From an uncultured Clostridium sp. (GTDB lineage Bacteria > Bacillota_I > Bacilli_A > RF39 > UBA660), in the NCBI GenBank assembly GCA_947427095.1, contig CANEGO010000005.1, positions 15,021 to 79,020 on the forward strand: DNA of 64,000 nucleotides, written 5' to 3'. The notes below the pieces were generated by a model. That model was not told the origin of the DNA and ran no database searches. It saw only the letters and a list, made by a program, of their open reading frames with translations. Shown here one piece after another: positions 39,560 to 49,089 of the stretch. How positions within the stretch are numbered: the stretch's first letter is position 1; the number at the start of each line of letters is the position of its first letter. The position numbers were made by a program, and so were the translations under genes.

Positions 39560-40402
39560 TTACCTCTTATTAATATTTATTTGATCAATAAATTTTAAGT
39601 AGTTTTCATACCTAGATTTTAATATTTTCCCCTCTTTAACTAGTTCTTTTATATAACATCCATCTTCTTTTGCATGAATGCAATCTTGATATTTACATCT
39701 ATCTTCATTATTATAAAATTCAATAAAATTATCTTTTATATCTTTTTTGTTCATACCGATAAAATCAAGTGACGAAAAACCAGGGGTATCTGCAACTAGT
39801 CCATCTTCTATTTTAAGTAATTCAACATGCCTAGTGGTATGTCTTCCTCTACCTAAAGCTTTTGATATTTCTCCGGTTGGAAGATTTAATTCGTTTTTTA
39901 ACTTGTTTAATAAGGAAGATTTACCTACCCCGGTTTGTCCCGTAAGAACGCTAAGATGTCCTTTTAATATTTTTTTTATGTTTAATAATTCGTTATTTAT
40001 ATATACACAATATCCTATTTTTTTATAGTAGTTAATTATGGAGTCAATTTCACTAGTATCTTTTAATAAATCGTACTTAGTAAAACAAATGATTGGTTTA
40101 ACATTATTATACTCTATTATAACTAGCATTTTATCAAGTAAATTACTAGAAAAATTAGGTTCTTTACAACTTACTAATATTATCCCTTGATCAACATTTG
40201 CAATTGGAGGTCTTATAAGTTCATTTTTTCTTGGCATTATTTTAGTTATAACCTTATTATTAACATCAACTTCTACCATATCTCCAACTAAGGGAGATAT
40301 TTTTAAATATTTAAATTTACCAATAGAAGAACATTCATACTGTTTATTTTCTATTTCTACCGTCCATTTATTACTTATTGATTTTATTACTCTACCAACC
40401 AT
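39560..40402 (-). CDS. rsgA: Ribosome small-subunit-dependent GTPase A
   Basis: GQTGVGKSSLLN G1 motif and a C-terminal Cys/His zinc finger. Confidence 0.9.
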   Translation of the reverse strand: MVGRVIKSISNKWTVEIENKQYECSSIGKFKYLKISPLVGDMVEVDVNNKVITKIMPRKNELIRPPIANVDQGIILVSCKEPNFSSNLLDKMLVIIEYNNVKPIICFTKYDLLKDTSEIDSIINYYKKIGYCVYINNELLNIKKILKGHLSVLTGQTGVGKSSLLNKLKNELNLPTGEISKALGRGRHTTRHVELLKIEDGLVADTPGFSSLDFIGMNKKDIKDNFIEFYNNEDRCKYQDCIHAKEDGCYIKELVKEGKILKSRYENYLKFIDQININKR

Positions 40403-42168
40403 TATTCACCTTGATTTTCGTTTTCATTCACAGTTGTGGTAGTTACCTTAGTTGTTGTAGTTGTAGTTGTAGTTGGTTGTGCTTTTGAAACCACAACCTT
40501 AAATATATCATTTTCGAATATTTCCTCACCGGCTTTAGGAGATTGAGCAAGTACTATATTTTCTGCCACTTCATTTGTTTCCTTATAAGTAACTTTAATG
40601 GTAAGCCCATATTTTTCACAAAACTCGGTTGCTCTTTCGATTGTCCAAGCGTCAGTTACCATATCTGGATACATAGACAATATTTTAGGAATGTATAATA
40701 TTATTTTTTGACCTGATGCAATTTTTTCTCCTTTTTTAACATTTTGTTCAATTATTAGTTGTTCTTTTCCTTCATACTTAACAGAATCTTCAACCTCTTT
40801 TTCCTCTATTTCCACGTTAATTCCATCTAATTCAAGTCTTGCCTTCACTTCATAGACATTTAAACCAGTATAATCTTCAACCGTTATTTTTTTAGAGCCT
40901 GAAGAATAATAAATCGTTATCGTACTTCCTTTTTTAATGTACCTGTTTTTACTAGGTTCAGTTTCTATTACTAGGTTTTGATCAATTTCATCACTAGGTT
41001 TTTCCTTAGAACTAATTTTAAAACCAGACTTTTTAATCATATCTTCAGCTTTTGATATTTCCATACCATATACATCAGGAACTTTTATCTCCTTAGATTC
41101 AGTTGCCTTAGGTAAAACTATTATAATAAATACCATTAGACAAACAAAAACAGCAATTATAGAACCAATAATAATCATTTTCTTTTTGTTTGATTTTTCT
41201 ATTTTATCTTCCTCAGTTATTTGTTTTGCTACTGGTTTTTCATCCTTATTTTCCTTTTTTTCTTCTTTAAGAACGTTAACCGTTTTAGTATCAGAAAAAT
41301 CAGTCTCAGGATATTTAAAAACTATTTTTTGCTCATCTTTTCTTTCTTCATCTAGGGAAGTTTTTATATCTTCAGCCATTTGCCTTACGTCACGATATCT
41401 GTTTTTAGGGTTCTTAGCAGATGCTTTTAATATTATATTCTCAACGGATTGTGGTACAACAGGGTTAAGATCTCTTACGCTAGGAAGGGGTTCTTTCATA
41501 TGTTTTAATGCAATTTCAACGGCACTATCACCTTTAAATGGCATTTTACCTGTTAACATTTCAAACATAAGTATTCCAAGGGAATATATATCACTTCTTA
41601 TTGTAGATCCTTTACCACTAGCTTGTTCTGGCGGTAAATAATGAACACTTCCCATTACTGAATTTGTTTGTGTTAGTTGTGCATTATTAAGTGCCATCGC
41701 TATACCAAAATCAGTAATTTTCACTAAGCCACTTTCTTTAATCATTATGTTTTGAGGCTTAATATCCCTATGTATTATATAAGAATCATGAGCACTAGCT
41801 AAAGCATCTAAAAGTTGAAGCATAATATCCATGGTCTCAGGAAGAGATAATACGCCACGTTTTTTTATTAATTGCTTTAAAGTTTTGCCTTCAATAAATT
41901 CCATTACGATGTAAAAATTCCCATCATCTTCACCAACGTCATATATTTCAACAATATTAGGATGAGATAAAGAAGACGCAGAAAGTGCTTCTCTTTGAAA
42001 TCTTCTAACAAATTTTTCATCGCCCGCTAAATCTCCTCTTAGTACTTTAACCGCTACTTTTCTATCTAATATGGTGTCCAATGCTAAGTAAACATTAGCC
42101 ATTCCCCCTTCACCAATTAATTTCTCTATTTCATAGCGATCATTTATTTTCTGCCCCTTTGCAATCAC
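40402..42168 (-). CDS. prkC: Ser/Thr protein kinase with PASTA repeats (PrkC-like); poly-Thr C-terminus
   Basis: Hanks kinase domain (HRDIKPQNIM, DFG), TM helix, PASTA-like repeats. Confidence 0.9.
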   Translation of the reverse strand: MIAKGQKINDRYEIEKLIGEGGMANVYLALDTILDRKVAVKVLRGDLAGDEKFVRRFQREALSASSLSHPNIVEIYDVGEDDGNFYIVMEFIEGKTLKQLIKKRGVLSLPETMDIMLQLLDALASAHDSYIIHRDIKPQNIMIKESGLVKITDFGIAMALNNAQLTQTNSVMGSVHYLPPEQASGKGSTIRSDIYSLGILMFEMLTGKMPFKGDSAVEIALKHMKEPLPSVRDLNPVVPQSVENIILKASAKNPKNRYRDVRQMAEDIKTSLDEERKDEQKIVFKYPETDFSDTKTVNVLKEEKKENKDEKPVAKQITEEDKIEKSNKKKMIIIGSIIAVFVCLMVFIIIVLPKATESKEIKVPDVYGMEISKAEDMIKKSGFKISSKEKPSDEIDQNLVIETEPSKNRYIKKGSTITIYYSSGSKKITVEDYTGLNVYEVKARLELDGINVEIEEKEVEDSVKYEGKEQLIIEQNVKKGEKIASGQKIILYIPKILSMYPDMVTDAWTIERATEFCEKYGLTIKVTYKETNEVAENIVLAQSPKAGEEIFENDIFKVVVSKAQPTTTTTTTTKVTTTTVNENENQGE

Positions 42169-42911
42169 TTAACTTCACCACTTTCTTTTTCCAAATACGC
42201 GATGGATACATTATCAGTACCACCCCTTAAATTACTCTTTCTTATTAATTTAACTATTTTTTCTTCAGCTCCTAAATCACTATTTAAAACCTTTTCGATT
42301 TGATCATTTGTAAGCATATTAGTAAGACCATCACTACACAAAAGAACTGCATCACAACCAGTATCAACGTCAAAGATATCAACATCTATCGGATTATTAG
42401 CACCAAGTGCTCTCATTAGAACATTCTTTCTAGGATGGTTTTCTGCTTCTTCAGGAGTAAGTTCTCCAGTTTCAACAAGCAAATTAACAAGGGTATGATC
42501 CTTAGTAACCTTATACAAAACATTCTTTTTCATTACAAAGCCAGAAGAATCACCGACGTTTCCAAATAATATATAATCCTTTGTTATTACCGCAAGAACA
42601 AGCGTTGTTCCCATTCCTTTGCTTTCAGGAAACTCATCCGTATACTTAAAAATAGAATCATTAAGGTCGCCTGCATTCTTTCTTATCCAGTTTACTGCTT
42701 CTTGCTTTTCACCAATAGATTCTAAAGCCTTAAATTTATCAGTAAGACCATTTACAACGATCGATGATGCAATTTCTCCAGCCTTATGTCCACCCATACC
42801 ATCGGCTACTACCATTAAATATTCACCAGTCAAATTTTTTACAATCATCACGGAATCTTCGTTATGAGTTCTAACCTTTCCCGTATCAGTTATATAATAT
42901 GATTTCATCAT
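42165..42911 (-). CDS. prpC: PP2C-family Ser/Thr phosphatase (PrpC/Stp)
   Basis: DGMGGH metal-binding motif. Translationally coupled to prkC. Confidence 0.9.
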   Translation of the reverse strand: MMKSYYITDTGKVRTHNEDSVMIVKNLTGEYLMVVADGMGGHKAGEIASSIVVNGLTDKFKALESIGEKQEAVNWIRKNAGDLNDSIFKYTDEFPESKGMGTTLVLAVITKDYILFGNVGDSSGFVMKKNVLYKVTKDHTLVNLLVETGELTPEEAENHPRKNVLMRALGANNPIDVDIFDVDTGCDAVLLCSDGLTNMLTNDQIEKVLNSDLGAEEKIVKLIRKSNLRGGTDNVSIAYLEKESGEVK

Positions 42912-42917
42912 TTTCGC

Positions 42918-43967
42918 TCACTTTCCAATAGTTTGTTCGCTTCTTAACTGTCCACATGCAGCTGATACTTTGGAACCGAACTCACGTCTTATTGTTACGT
43001 TTATATTATTCTTTTTTAATATATCATAAAATTTATCAATTGTCACTTTTTTACTAGTCTTATACTTTATATGACTAGTTTCATTATAAGGAATTAAATT
43101 AACATAACAATTTATTCCCTTTAAAAGTTTTGCTAATTCTTTGGCATCTTCTTCACTATCATTAACATCATTTAATAAAATATATTCAAAAGTAACCCTT
43201 CTATTTGTAACTTTTATATAATCCTTAACAGTCGAAATTATAGATTCTATATTATAAACCTTATTAATGGGCATTATTTTACTTCTTAATTCATCGTTTG
43301 GTGCATGTAAACTTATCGCTAAATTTACGCCAGTTTTCTCGCTGGTAAATTTTTTTATTTTAGGAACCAAACCACAAGTGGATATGGTAATATGTCTTAT
43401 ACCAATATTTATTCCTTTAGGATCATTTATTATTTTAATAAATTTAATTACGTTATCATAATTATCAAATGGTTCTCCAATTCCCATTAAAACAACATGA
43501 CTTATACGTGCCTTTATATCTTTTTCAACTGCTAAAATTTGTTCAACTAACTCAAATGCATTTAAGTTTCTTACTTTTTTTAGTCTTCCGCTCTCGCAAA
43601 ATGAACATCCCATATTACAACCAACTTGGCTAGAAACACATATGCTATTACCATAATCATGCTTCATTAATACTGCTTCTATTTTATTGCCATCGAAAAG
43701 CTCAAATAAATATTTTTTTACATCAACATCCTCTTCTTTTTTCACCAATTTTAATTCATCCATTTTAAAATTATCATTTAAAAAAGTTATTAACGATTTT
43801 TTTAAATTGGACATCCCTTCAAATGATTTAACTCTTTTAACATAAAGCCAATCAAAAACTTGACTAGCTCTATATTTAGTTTCTCCAATATCTTCAAAAT
43901 AGTTTATCAAATCTTCTAGAGGATAATCGTAAATACTATTCATATAAATCTCCTTAACTAATAACAA
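42918..43967 (-). CDS. rlmN: 23S rRNA (adenine2503-C2)-methyltransferase (radical SAM)
   Basis: CNMGCSFCESG radical SAM motif. Confidence 0.9.
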   Translation of the reverse strand: MLLVKEIYMNSIYDYPLEDLINYFEDIGETKYRASQVFDWLYVKRVKSFEGMSNLKKSLITFLNDNFKMDELKLVKKEEDVDVKKYLFELFDGNKIEAVLMKHDYGNSICVSSQVGCNMGCSFCESGRLKKVRNLNAFELVEQILAVEKDIKARISHVVLMGIGEPFDNYDNVIKFIKIINDPKGINIGIRHITISTCGLVPKIKKFTSEKTGVNLAISLHAPNDELRSKIMPINKVYNIESIISTVKDYIKVTNRRVTFEYILLNDVNDSEEDAKELAKLLKGINCYVNLIPYNETSHIKYKTSKKVTIDKFYDILKKNNINVTIRREFGSKVSAACGQLRSEQTIGK

Positions 43968-44112
43968 TTATACCAAATATATAAATAAAGGTTAATAATA
44001 TTTAGGTAAATATAATCCAGTAACAATCATATTTATAAATAATCTTTACATAATTTGATATAAAAAGAATAGTTTAATAAAAATTAGAAATAATATTAGC
44101 GGAGGTAAAAAA

Positions 44113-44280
44113 ATGGATGATAACAATAAATCTATAAAGTGTGATGTTTTATCTTGTAAATATAATGATAACAACAATAAATACTGCACTTTAAACGAAA
44201 TTAAAGTAAGTTGTAATTGCAAACCTGATAACGCACAAAAAAAAGAAACTATTTGTGATAGTTTTAAAGAAGGAAAATAA
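44113..44280 (+). CDS. DUF1540-like small cysteine-rich protein (55 aa)
   Basis: GGAGGT SD 7 nt upstream. Translates to MDDNNKSIKCDVLSCKYNDNNNKYCTLNEIKVSCNCKPDNAQKKETICDSFKEGK. Missed by the ≥60-aa ORF track. Confidence 0.55.
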   Translation: MDDNNKSIKCDVLSCKYNDNNNKYCTLNEIKVSCNCKPDNAQKKETICDSFKEGK

Positions 44281-44328
44281 CACTTAATTTCTATATCAAA
44301 AAAATCCCATAGGGGATTTTTTTTACAT

Positions 44329-44976
44329 TTACATATGTTTTTTAGTATCGTCTGTCTTTGAAACATTTATCTGAGCCAACTTCATATTTTCTTGTTTTTT
44401 ATCCTCTAATATTTTTTTATTTTCAGGTGATATTTCACCGTAAGCAGTTGCTTCCCAAAATTCAGGCCCTCTACTTGAAAAACTAAATAAAATATTTCTT
44501 ACCAATGATGCCGACATACCAGAATGTCCTTGATTGTCTAGAATTTTCGACGCCTCTTCCATTGAAGCACCATTTTCCAATGCCTGCATTATTTCTAACG
44601 CCGAATCCAATTCTAATCCATGATATAAATCATTTGCTCTTGCTTGAACACATTTTTCCCATTCTTCATATCTTTCAGGAAAAATTAATTCTTGACCTTT
44701 TTTAATCCAACTTGGAATGTTTTCTTTTGCTCTTTGTTTTGCTATTTCCTCTTGTTTTTTGTAATTTTCTTGCCACTCATTCATTTTATGATCATGCTCT
44801 GCTTTAGTATATCCGCAAACTTCCATATATGCTGAATCCATAGAAACAGAATCAGAATGCAATTTATGTCCGTTAAAAATACAATAAACATGTTCACCCC
44901 TTGATTTAGCAGCTAATAATGTATAAACAACACTTTCAAGAGTGCTACCTCCTAAAACCTCAATTTCTCTTTCCAT
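44329..44976 (-). CDS. Hypothetical protein occupying the position where rsmB normally sits between fmt and rlmN
   Basis: 215-aa ORF. Its promoter region contains the poly-C/G tract. Bidirectional terminator at 44296-44328. Confidence 0.5.
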   Translation of the reverse strand: MEREIEVLGGSTLESVVYTLLAAKSRGEHVYCIFNGHKLHSDSVSMDSAYMEVCGYTKAEHDHKMNEWQENYKKQEEIAKQRAKENIPSWIKKGQELIFPERYEEWEKCVQARANDLYHGLELDSALEIMQALENGASMEEASKILDNQGHSGMSASLVRNILFSFSSRGPEFWEATAYGEISPENKKILEDKKQENMKLAQINVSKTDDTKKHM

Positions 44977-45021
44977 TTTTATCTACTTCACTTCCTTTCT
45001 TATGTTGATAATATCATATAA

Positions 45022-45030
45022 CCCCCCCCC
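45022..45030. repeat. Homopolymeric C9 (G9 on minus) tract inside the promoter spacer of the 44329..44976 gene
   Basis: CCCCCCCCC in a 28 % GC genome. Minus strand reads TTGAC-G9-TTATATGATATTATC. Confidence 0.8.
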
Positions 45031-45260
45031 GTCAAGTTTTTATAAAAGTTGTGTAAAAAAGTGTAGTGTAAATTAAAAGTAGACAATCTTTCAATACTTT
45101 AAACAATGTTAAAAGGGCTGTTTTTAAGTTCGTAGAAAACTCTTATAACAGTAAAATAATTCATTCTACTTTAGAGCTTTTATTTCCTATTCACGTTTTA
45201 ATAAAATCTACCTAATTCTTTTGTCTAATATCTTGAATTAACTTCCTTAAAATAAAAAAA

Positions 45261-46217
45261 CTATTTAAGTACTTTACTTAAATAGTCTTCTTTTTTATTT
45301 CCATTTATAAAATCTTTTATGTTCATTTTCTTTTTACCTGACAATTGTAATTCAGTAATTAAAATACTTCCGTCTTTTGTTACTACTTCCATACCATTTT
45401 TATCTATGCTTACAATTGTACCTGGTTTTTCATTATACTTCTTATCACTTATTTTAGATAACCATAATTTAATATTCTTATCATTCAATATAGCATAGGC
45501 CCCAGGCCATGAATTAAGTCCTCTTATCTGATTAAAAATTTCTCTTGAAGTTTTATTAAAATCAATGTGTTCATCTTCCCTTGATACATTGTAAGCGTAA
45601 GTAGCTTCTTCGTTATTTTGCTTTTCCCTTTTATTAGTGCCATCTATAATAGTTGGTAAAGTCTCAAGTAAAAGTGGTACCGCTGCTTTTTGTAATTTAT
45701 CATGCAAGCTTTCTGCGGTATCATTATCTTCTATTTTTACCTCTACTTTTGATATCATGTCTCCCGTATCCATACCCTTATCCATATACATAATGGTTAT
45801 TCCTGTTTTGGCATACCCATTTATAATCGCTTTATGAATAGGAGCTCCCCCTCTTAATTTCGGTAAGAGCGATGCATGAACGTTTATACATCCGTATTTC
45901 GGATAATTTAAAACTATTTCTGGTACTATTTGCCCATAAGCACAAGTAATTATTATATCTGGTTTTAAATTTATTATATCCTCATATTCATCTCTTATTT
46001 TAATCGGCTGCAAAACTCTTATATTATGTTCTAAGGCTCTCTTTTTAATGGGAGAATATACTATTTCTTTTTTTCTACCAACTTCTTTATCAGGCTGAGT
46101 TACTATCGCTAGTACGTTATACTCTTTAATCAAACTTTCTAATATAGGAACACAAAATTCTGGTGTACCCATAAATATTACCTTTAAATTTTTCATTTTT
46201 TTCACCCTCTTTAACAA
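45261..46217 (-). CDS. fmt: Methionyl-tRNA formyltransferase
   Basis: MKNLKVIFMGTPEF N-terminus; formyltransferase fold motifs. Confidence 0.9.
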   Translation of the reverse strand: MLKRVKKMKNLKVIFMGTPEFCVPILESLIKEYNVLAIVTQPDKEVGRKKEIVYSPIKKRALEHNIRVLQPIKIRDEYEDIINLKPDIIITCAYGQIVPEIVLNYPKYGCINVHASLLPKLRGGAPIHKAIINGYAKTGITIMYMDKGMDTGDMISKVEVKIEDNDTAESLHDKLQKAAVPLLLETLPTIIDGTNKREKQNNEEATYAYNVSREDEHIDFNKTSREIFNQIRGLNSWPGAYAILNDKNIKLWLSKISDKKYNEKPGTIVSIDKNGMEVVTKDGSILITELQLSGKKKMNIKDFINGNKKEDYLSKVLK

Positions 46218-46229
46218 AAGAGACTTTTA

Positions 46230-47270
46230 TTAGAAAAGTCTTAATACATCCTTTATTGTTATATATATCATAAGAGCAAATAGCAAATATAAACCAATAC
46301 TATTTATAACTGCGTCGACTTTCGCATTAACCTTTTTACCAGTTATTTTTTCAATTAATATAACCACTGCACGATAACCATCAAAAGCTGGAAATGGAAT
46401 TAAATTAATAAAACCAACGTTTATTGATAAGTACGCGAGTAAATAAAGCAACCCAGAGGCTCCAGCCTTACTTTGAGAACCAACGATTGAATATATTCCA
46501 ACCGGTCCCGATAATGAATTTAATCCTACTTTACCAGTTATAAGGGATTTTATTGTGACAATCATAGAATTAAAAATAGAACCAAATTTACTTGTGGCAT
46601 ATTTAAATGCATTACCTATACCATGATACTTAGTATCATCAAGGGCTATACCATAAGAATAAGAAACATTACCTTCCTTGTCGGTTACTTTAGTAGGTTT
46701 AACTTTTAGTTCCTTTTCACCATCTGATGTTTCTACAGTAAAAACTTGAGTCTTTTCATTATTGGCTAAAGTAAGCTTTAAGGTCACATCATCCCATGTT
46801 TTTGTTCTTTCTCCATTTATTTTTAAAATCTTATCTCCTTTTCTAAGACCAGATTCATAACTTGCCGAATCTTTTACTACGGTACCAAGAATTGGTTTAG
46901 TGGTGTAAGAGCCATAAATAAGAGCAATAATAAATAAAACAATAAATCCCAAAATAAAGTTGTTCATTACACCAGCCAAAACGATTATTAACTTTTTATA
47001 CCAAGGTTTATTATACATTTTTTTACTCTTAGGAACAGACTTATCATCGTCTACTTCCTCTCCTGCCATTGCAACATATCCACCAATTGGTATAAGTCTT
47101 AAACAATATAAAGTTTCGTCATTCTTTCTTTTAAAAGAAAAAAGTTTTGGCCCAAAACCAAGCGAAAACTCATAGCAGTATACACCTGATTTTTTTGCCC
47201 AGAAAAAATGGCCAAGTTCATGTATAAAAACAATTATTCCAAGCATTAAAACAAAATATATTAGTGTCAT
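46230..47270 (-). CDS. rseP: RIP metalloprotease RseP (site-2 protease) with PDZ domain
   Basis: HELGHF zinc motif in TM1. Confidence 0.9.
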   Translation of the reverse strand: MTLIYFVLMLGIIVFIHELGHFFWAKKSGVYCYEFSLGFGPKLFSFKRKNDETLYCLRLIPIGGYVAMAGEEVDDDKSVPKSKKMYNKPWYKKLIIVLAGVMNNFILGFIVLFIIALIYGSYTTKPILGTVVKDSASYESGLRKGDKILKINGERTKTWDDVTLKLTLANNEKTQVFTVETSDGEKELKVKPTKVTDKEGNVSYSYGIALDDTKYHGIGNAFKYATSKFGSIFNSMIVTIKSLITGKVGLNSLSGPVGIYSIVGSQSKAGASGLLYLLAYLSINVGFINLIPFPAFDGYRAVVILIEKITGKKVNAKVDAVINSIGLYLLFALMIYITIKDVLRLF

Positions 47271-47280
47271 TTTAATCCTC

Positions 47281-48054
47281 CTAGATTATTCCTGATAATA
47301 AAATATATCCAATAACAACAAAAATAATACTATCTAATCTATCTAACACGCCTCCATGCCCTGGCATTATATTAGAAAAATCTTTAATACTATGATTTCT
47401 TTTTACAGCGCTAAAGAACAAATCACCTAATTGTCCTAAAGAAGATAAGAATAGCGTTATAATCAAAAGCCCTAGAATATTGACTGTACCATCAACAAAA
47501 ATAAAGTAAAAAGTTGCTGCACAAAGGGTACCAAATATACCGCCGATTATGCTACCTTCCCAAGTTTTATTTGGTGAAATCTTAGGAGCTAATTTATGTT
47601 TTCCAATTAAAGTACCGCCTAAATGCGCATAAGTATCAGTAAGGGTAGTAATTAAAAATAAATAAATAAACTTCATTAATCCCTCATTTCTTATTAACGT
47701 AAATTGATGAAATATAGTTCCAACAAGAATCGTCATACCAATTAATTTAAAAGCATTATCGGCATTATACTTTTTATTGTCATTACAATATATAACCGCA
47801 AGCATTGGAAGTAATATCGTTAAGAAATAATAAGTTATACGATTTTTATCAATAAAAACAAGTAATATAACCAAAGCATATAAAATCATATCTACATACC
47901 TAGGTCTTCTTTCTTCTCCTGGTAAACTCAAAAACTCTTTCATACCTAATACTGCCAAAATAGTAGCAGCAACTTTAAACCACATACCACCTAGAATAAT
48001 AAGTGGAATAAATATAGCTAGAGCAACAATCGCACTAATTACTCTTTTCTTCAT
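47281..48054 (-). CDS. cdsA: Phosphatidate cytidylyltransferase
   Basis: 257-aa multi-TM protein with a CDS-family C-terminal signature. Confidence 0.85.
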   Translation of the reverse strand: MKKRVISAIVALAIFIPLIILGGMWFKVAATILAVLGMKEFLSLPGEERRPRYVDMILYALVILLVFIDKNRITYYFLTILLPMLAVIYCNDNKKYNADNAFKLIGMTILVGTIFHQFTLIRNEGLMKFIYLFLITTLTDTYAHLGGTLIGKHKLAPKISPNKTWEGSIIGGIFGTLCAATFYFIFVDGTVNILGLLIITLFLSSLGQLGDLFFSAVKRNHSIKDFSNIMPGHGGVLDRLDSIIFVVIGYILLSGII

Positions 48055-48165
48055 ATAATCACATCCTTATGTTCTTATTATAATACAATTAACATTTTTT
48101 AACAATTAAATTATTATTTGAGTTGATATGTTTACATAAATTAATTAATAATGTATAATTTAATT

Positions 48166-48252
48166 AGTGAGAGCACCTAACTTAAGGTTAGTAGCTTTCC
48201 TTAATATTACTTAAGGAAAAAGCGTACACCCCCTGGGTAAGTACGCTTTTTC
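48166..48252 (+). ncRNA. Candidate small RNA (~87 nt) with its own TTTACA-17-TGTATAAT promoter (48131-48159), two internal hairpins and a terminator; possible antitoxin of a type I TA pair
   Basis: Promoter hexamers read directly. Hairpins CUAACuuaagGUUAG and UUCCUUAAuauuacUUAAGGAA, then GCGUACaccccugggUAGUACGCUUUUUCUUUU. Confidence 0.3.
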
Positions 48253-48254
48253 TT

Positions 48255-48335
48255 TTACATTTTAAAAATTAGTATGGCTAATAATAAAATTAAAAGGATA
48301 ATTATTACTTTAAGAAACTTAGTTTCTTTTTTCAT
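48255..48335 (-). CDS. 26-aa hydrophobic peptide MKKETKFLKVIIILLILLLAILIFKM; candidate type I toxin
   Basis: GGTGGTGA SD 5 nt before the ATG. A single TM helix with a charged N-terminus. Its 3' end shares the bidirectional terminator with the convergent sRNA. Confidence 0.3.
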   Translation of the reverse strand: MKKETKFLKVIIILLILLLAILIFKM

Positions 48336-48466
48336 AAATATCACCACCCTTCTATTATTCATAAAAAGATGGAAAGCTACTACCCATTATTAGGTTCTCT
48401 CATCTTTATTGTTAGACAAAACTTTTTAAAACCCTCAAAAAATATAAAAAGAAGCCTTTAAGCTTC

Positions 48467-48715
48467 TTAATATGAGTCAATATTAATATTCACCCTTTTG
48501 TTATCATTTATGTATGAACTTGCTTGAACTATTGTTCTAAGTGCTTTTGCCATCTTTCCTTCTTTACCAATTACTCTTCCCATTTCACTTTCGGGAACCA
48601 TAACTTGGATAATAATTTCATCTTCGTTCTCGCTTGGAAACTCTTTTACCGTAATAGATTCTGGATCGCTTACAAGTTCTTTTACGATTAACGTTGTTAA
48701 TTCTACTAACTTCAT
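48467..48715 (-). CDS. KH-domain RNA-binding protein (YlqC-like)
   Basis: 82 aa with a GRVIGKEGKMAKALR KH motif. Confidence 0.8.
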   Translation of the reverse strand: MKLVELTTLIVKELVSDPESITVKEFPSENEDEIIIQVMVPESEMGRVIGKEGKMAKALRTIVQASSYINDNKRVNINIDSY

Positions 48716-48717
48716 AA

Positions 48718-48990
48718 TTACTTACCTTGTTTTTCGTTAGCGAACTTAGTCATTATTCCAGCTTTAGAAAAAATATTTTTTACAGTATCAGTAGGAGTTG
48801 CTCCATTTCTTAACCATTTCATTGCTGTTTCTTCATCTATCTTAGTTTCAGCTGGGGTAACTAATGGATTATAAGTTCCTATAGTTTCAATAAAACGACC
48901 ATCTCTTGGACTTCTTGAGTCTGCCGCAACAATACGATAAAATGGCCTTTTTTTAGCTCCCATTCTTTTTAACCTTAATTTAACTGCCAT
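48718..48990 (-). CDS. rpsP: 30S ribosomal protein S16
   Basis: [35 protein letters not shown]. Confidence 0.95.
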   Translation of the reverse strand: MAVKLRLKRMGAKKRPFYRIVAADSRSPRDGRFIETIGTYNPLVTPAETKIDEETAMKWLRNGATPTDTVKNIFSKAGIMTKFANEKQGK

Positions 48991-49089
48991 GTTTTATTCC
49001 TCCTTCATTACATATTAATTTTAACATACTAATATATACGTGTCAACTATTTTTGTTAACAAGGTATTTTTTAACATTTAAAAAGGATT

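Noticed and set aside
44046-44366. Minus-strand 106-aa ORF
   Set aside because: Low-complexity L/F/S-rich translation antisense to the DUF1540 gene and overlapping a bidirectional terminator. The plus-strand DUF1540 ORF with a strong SD explains the region.
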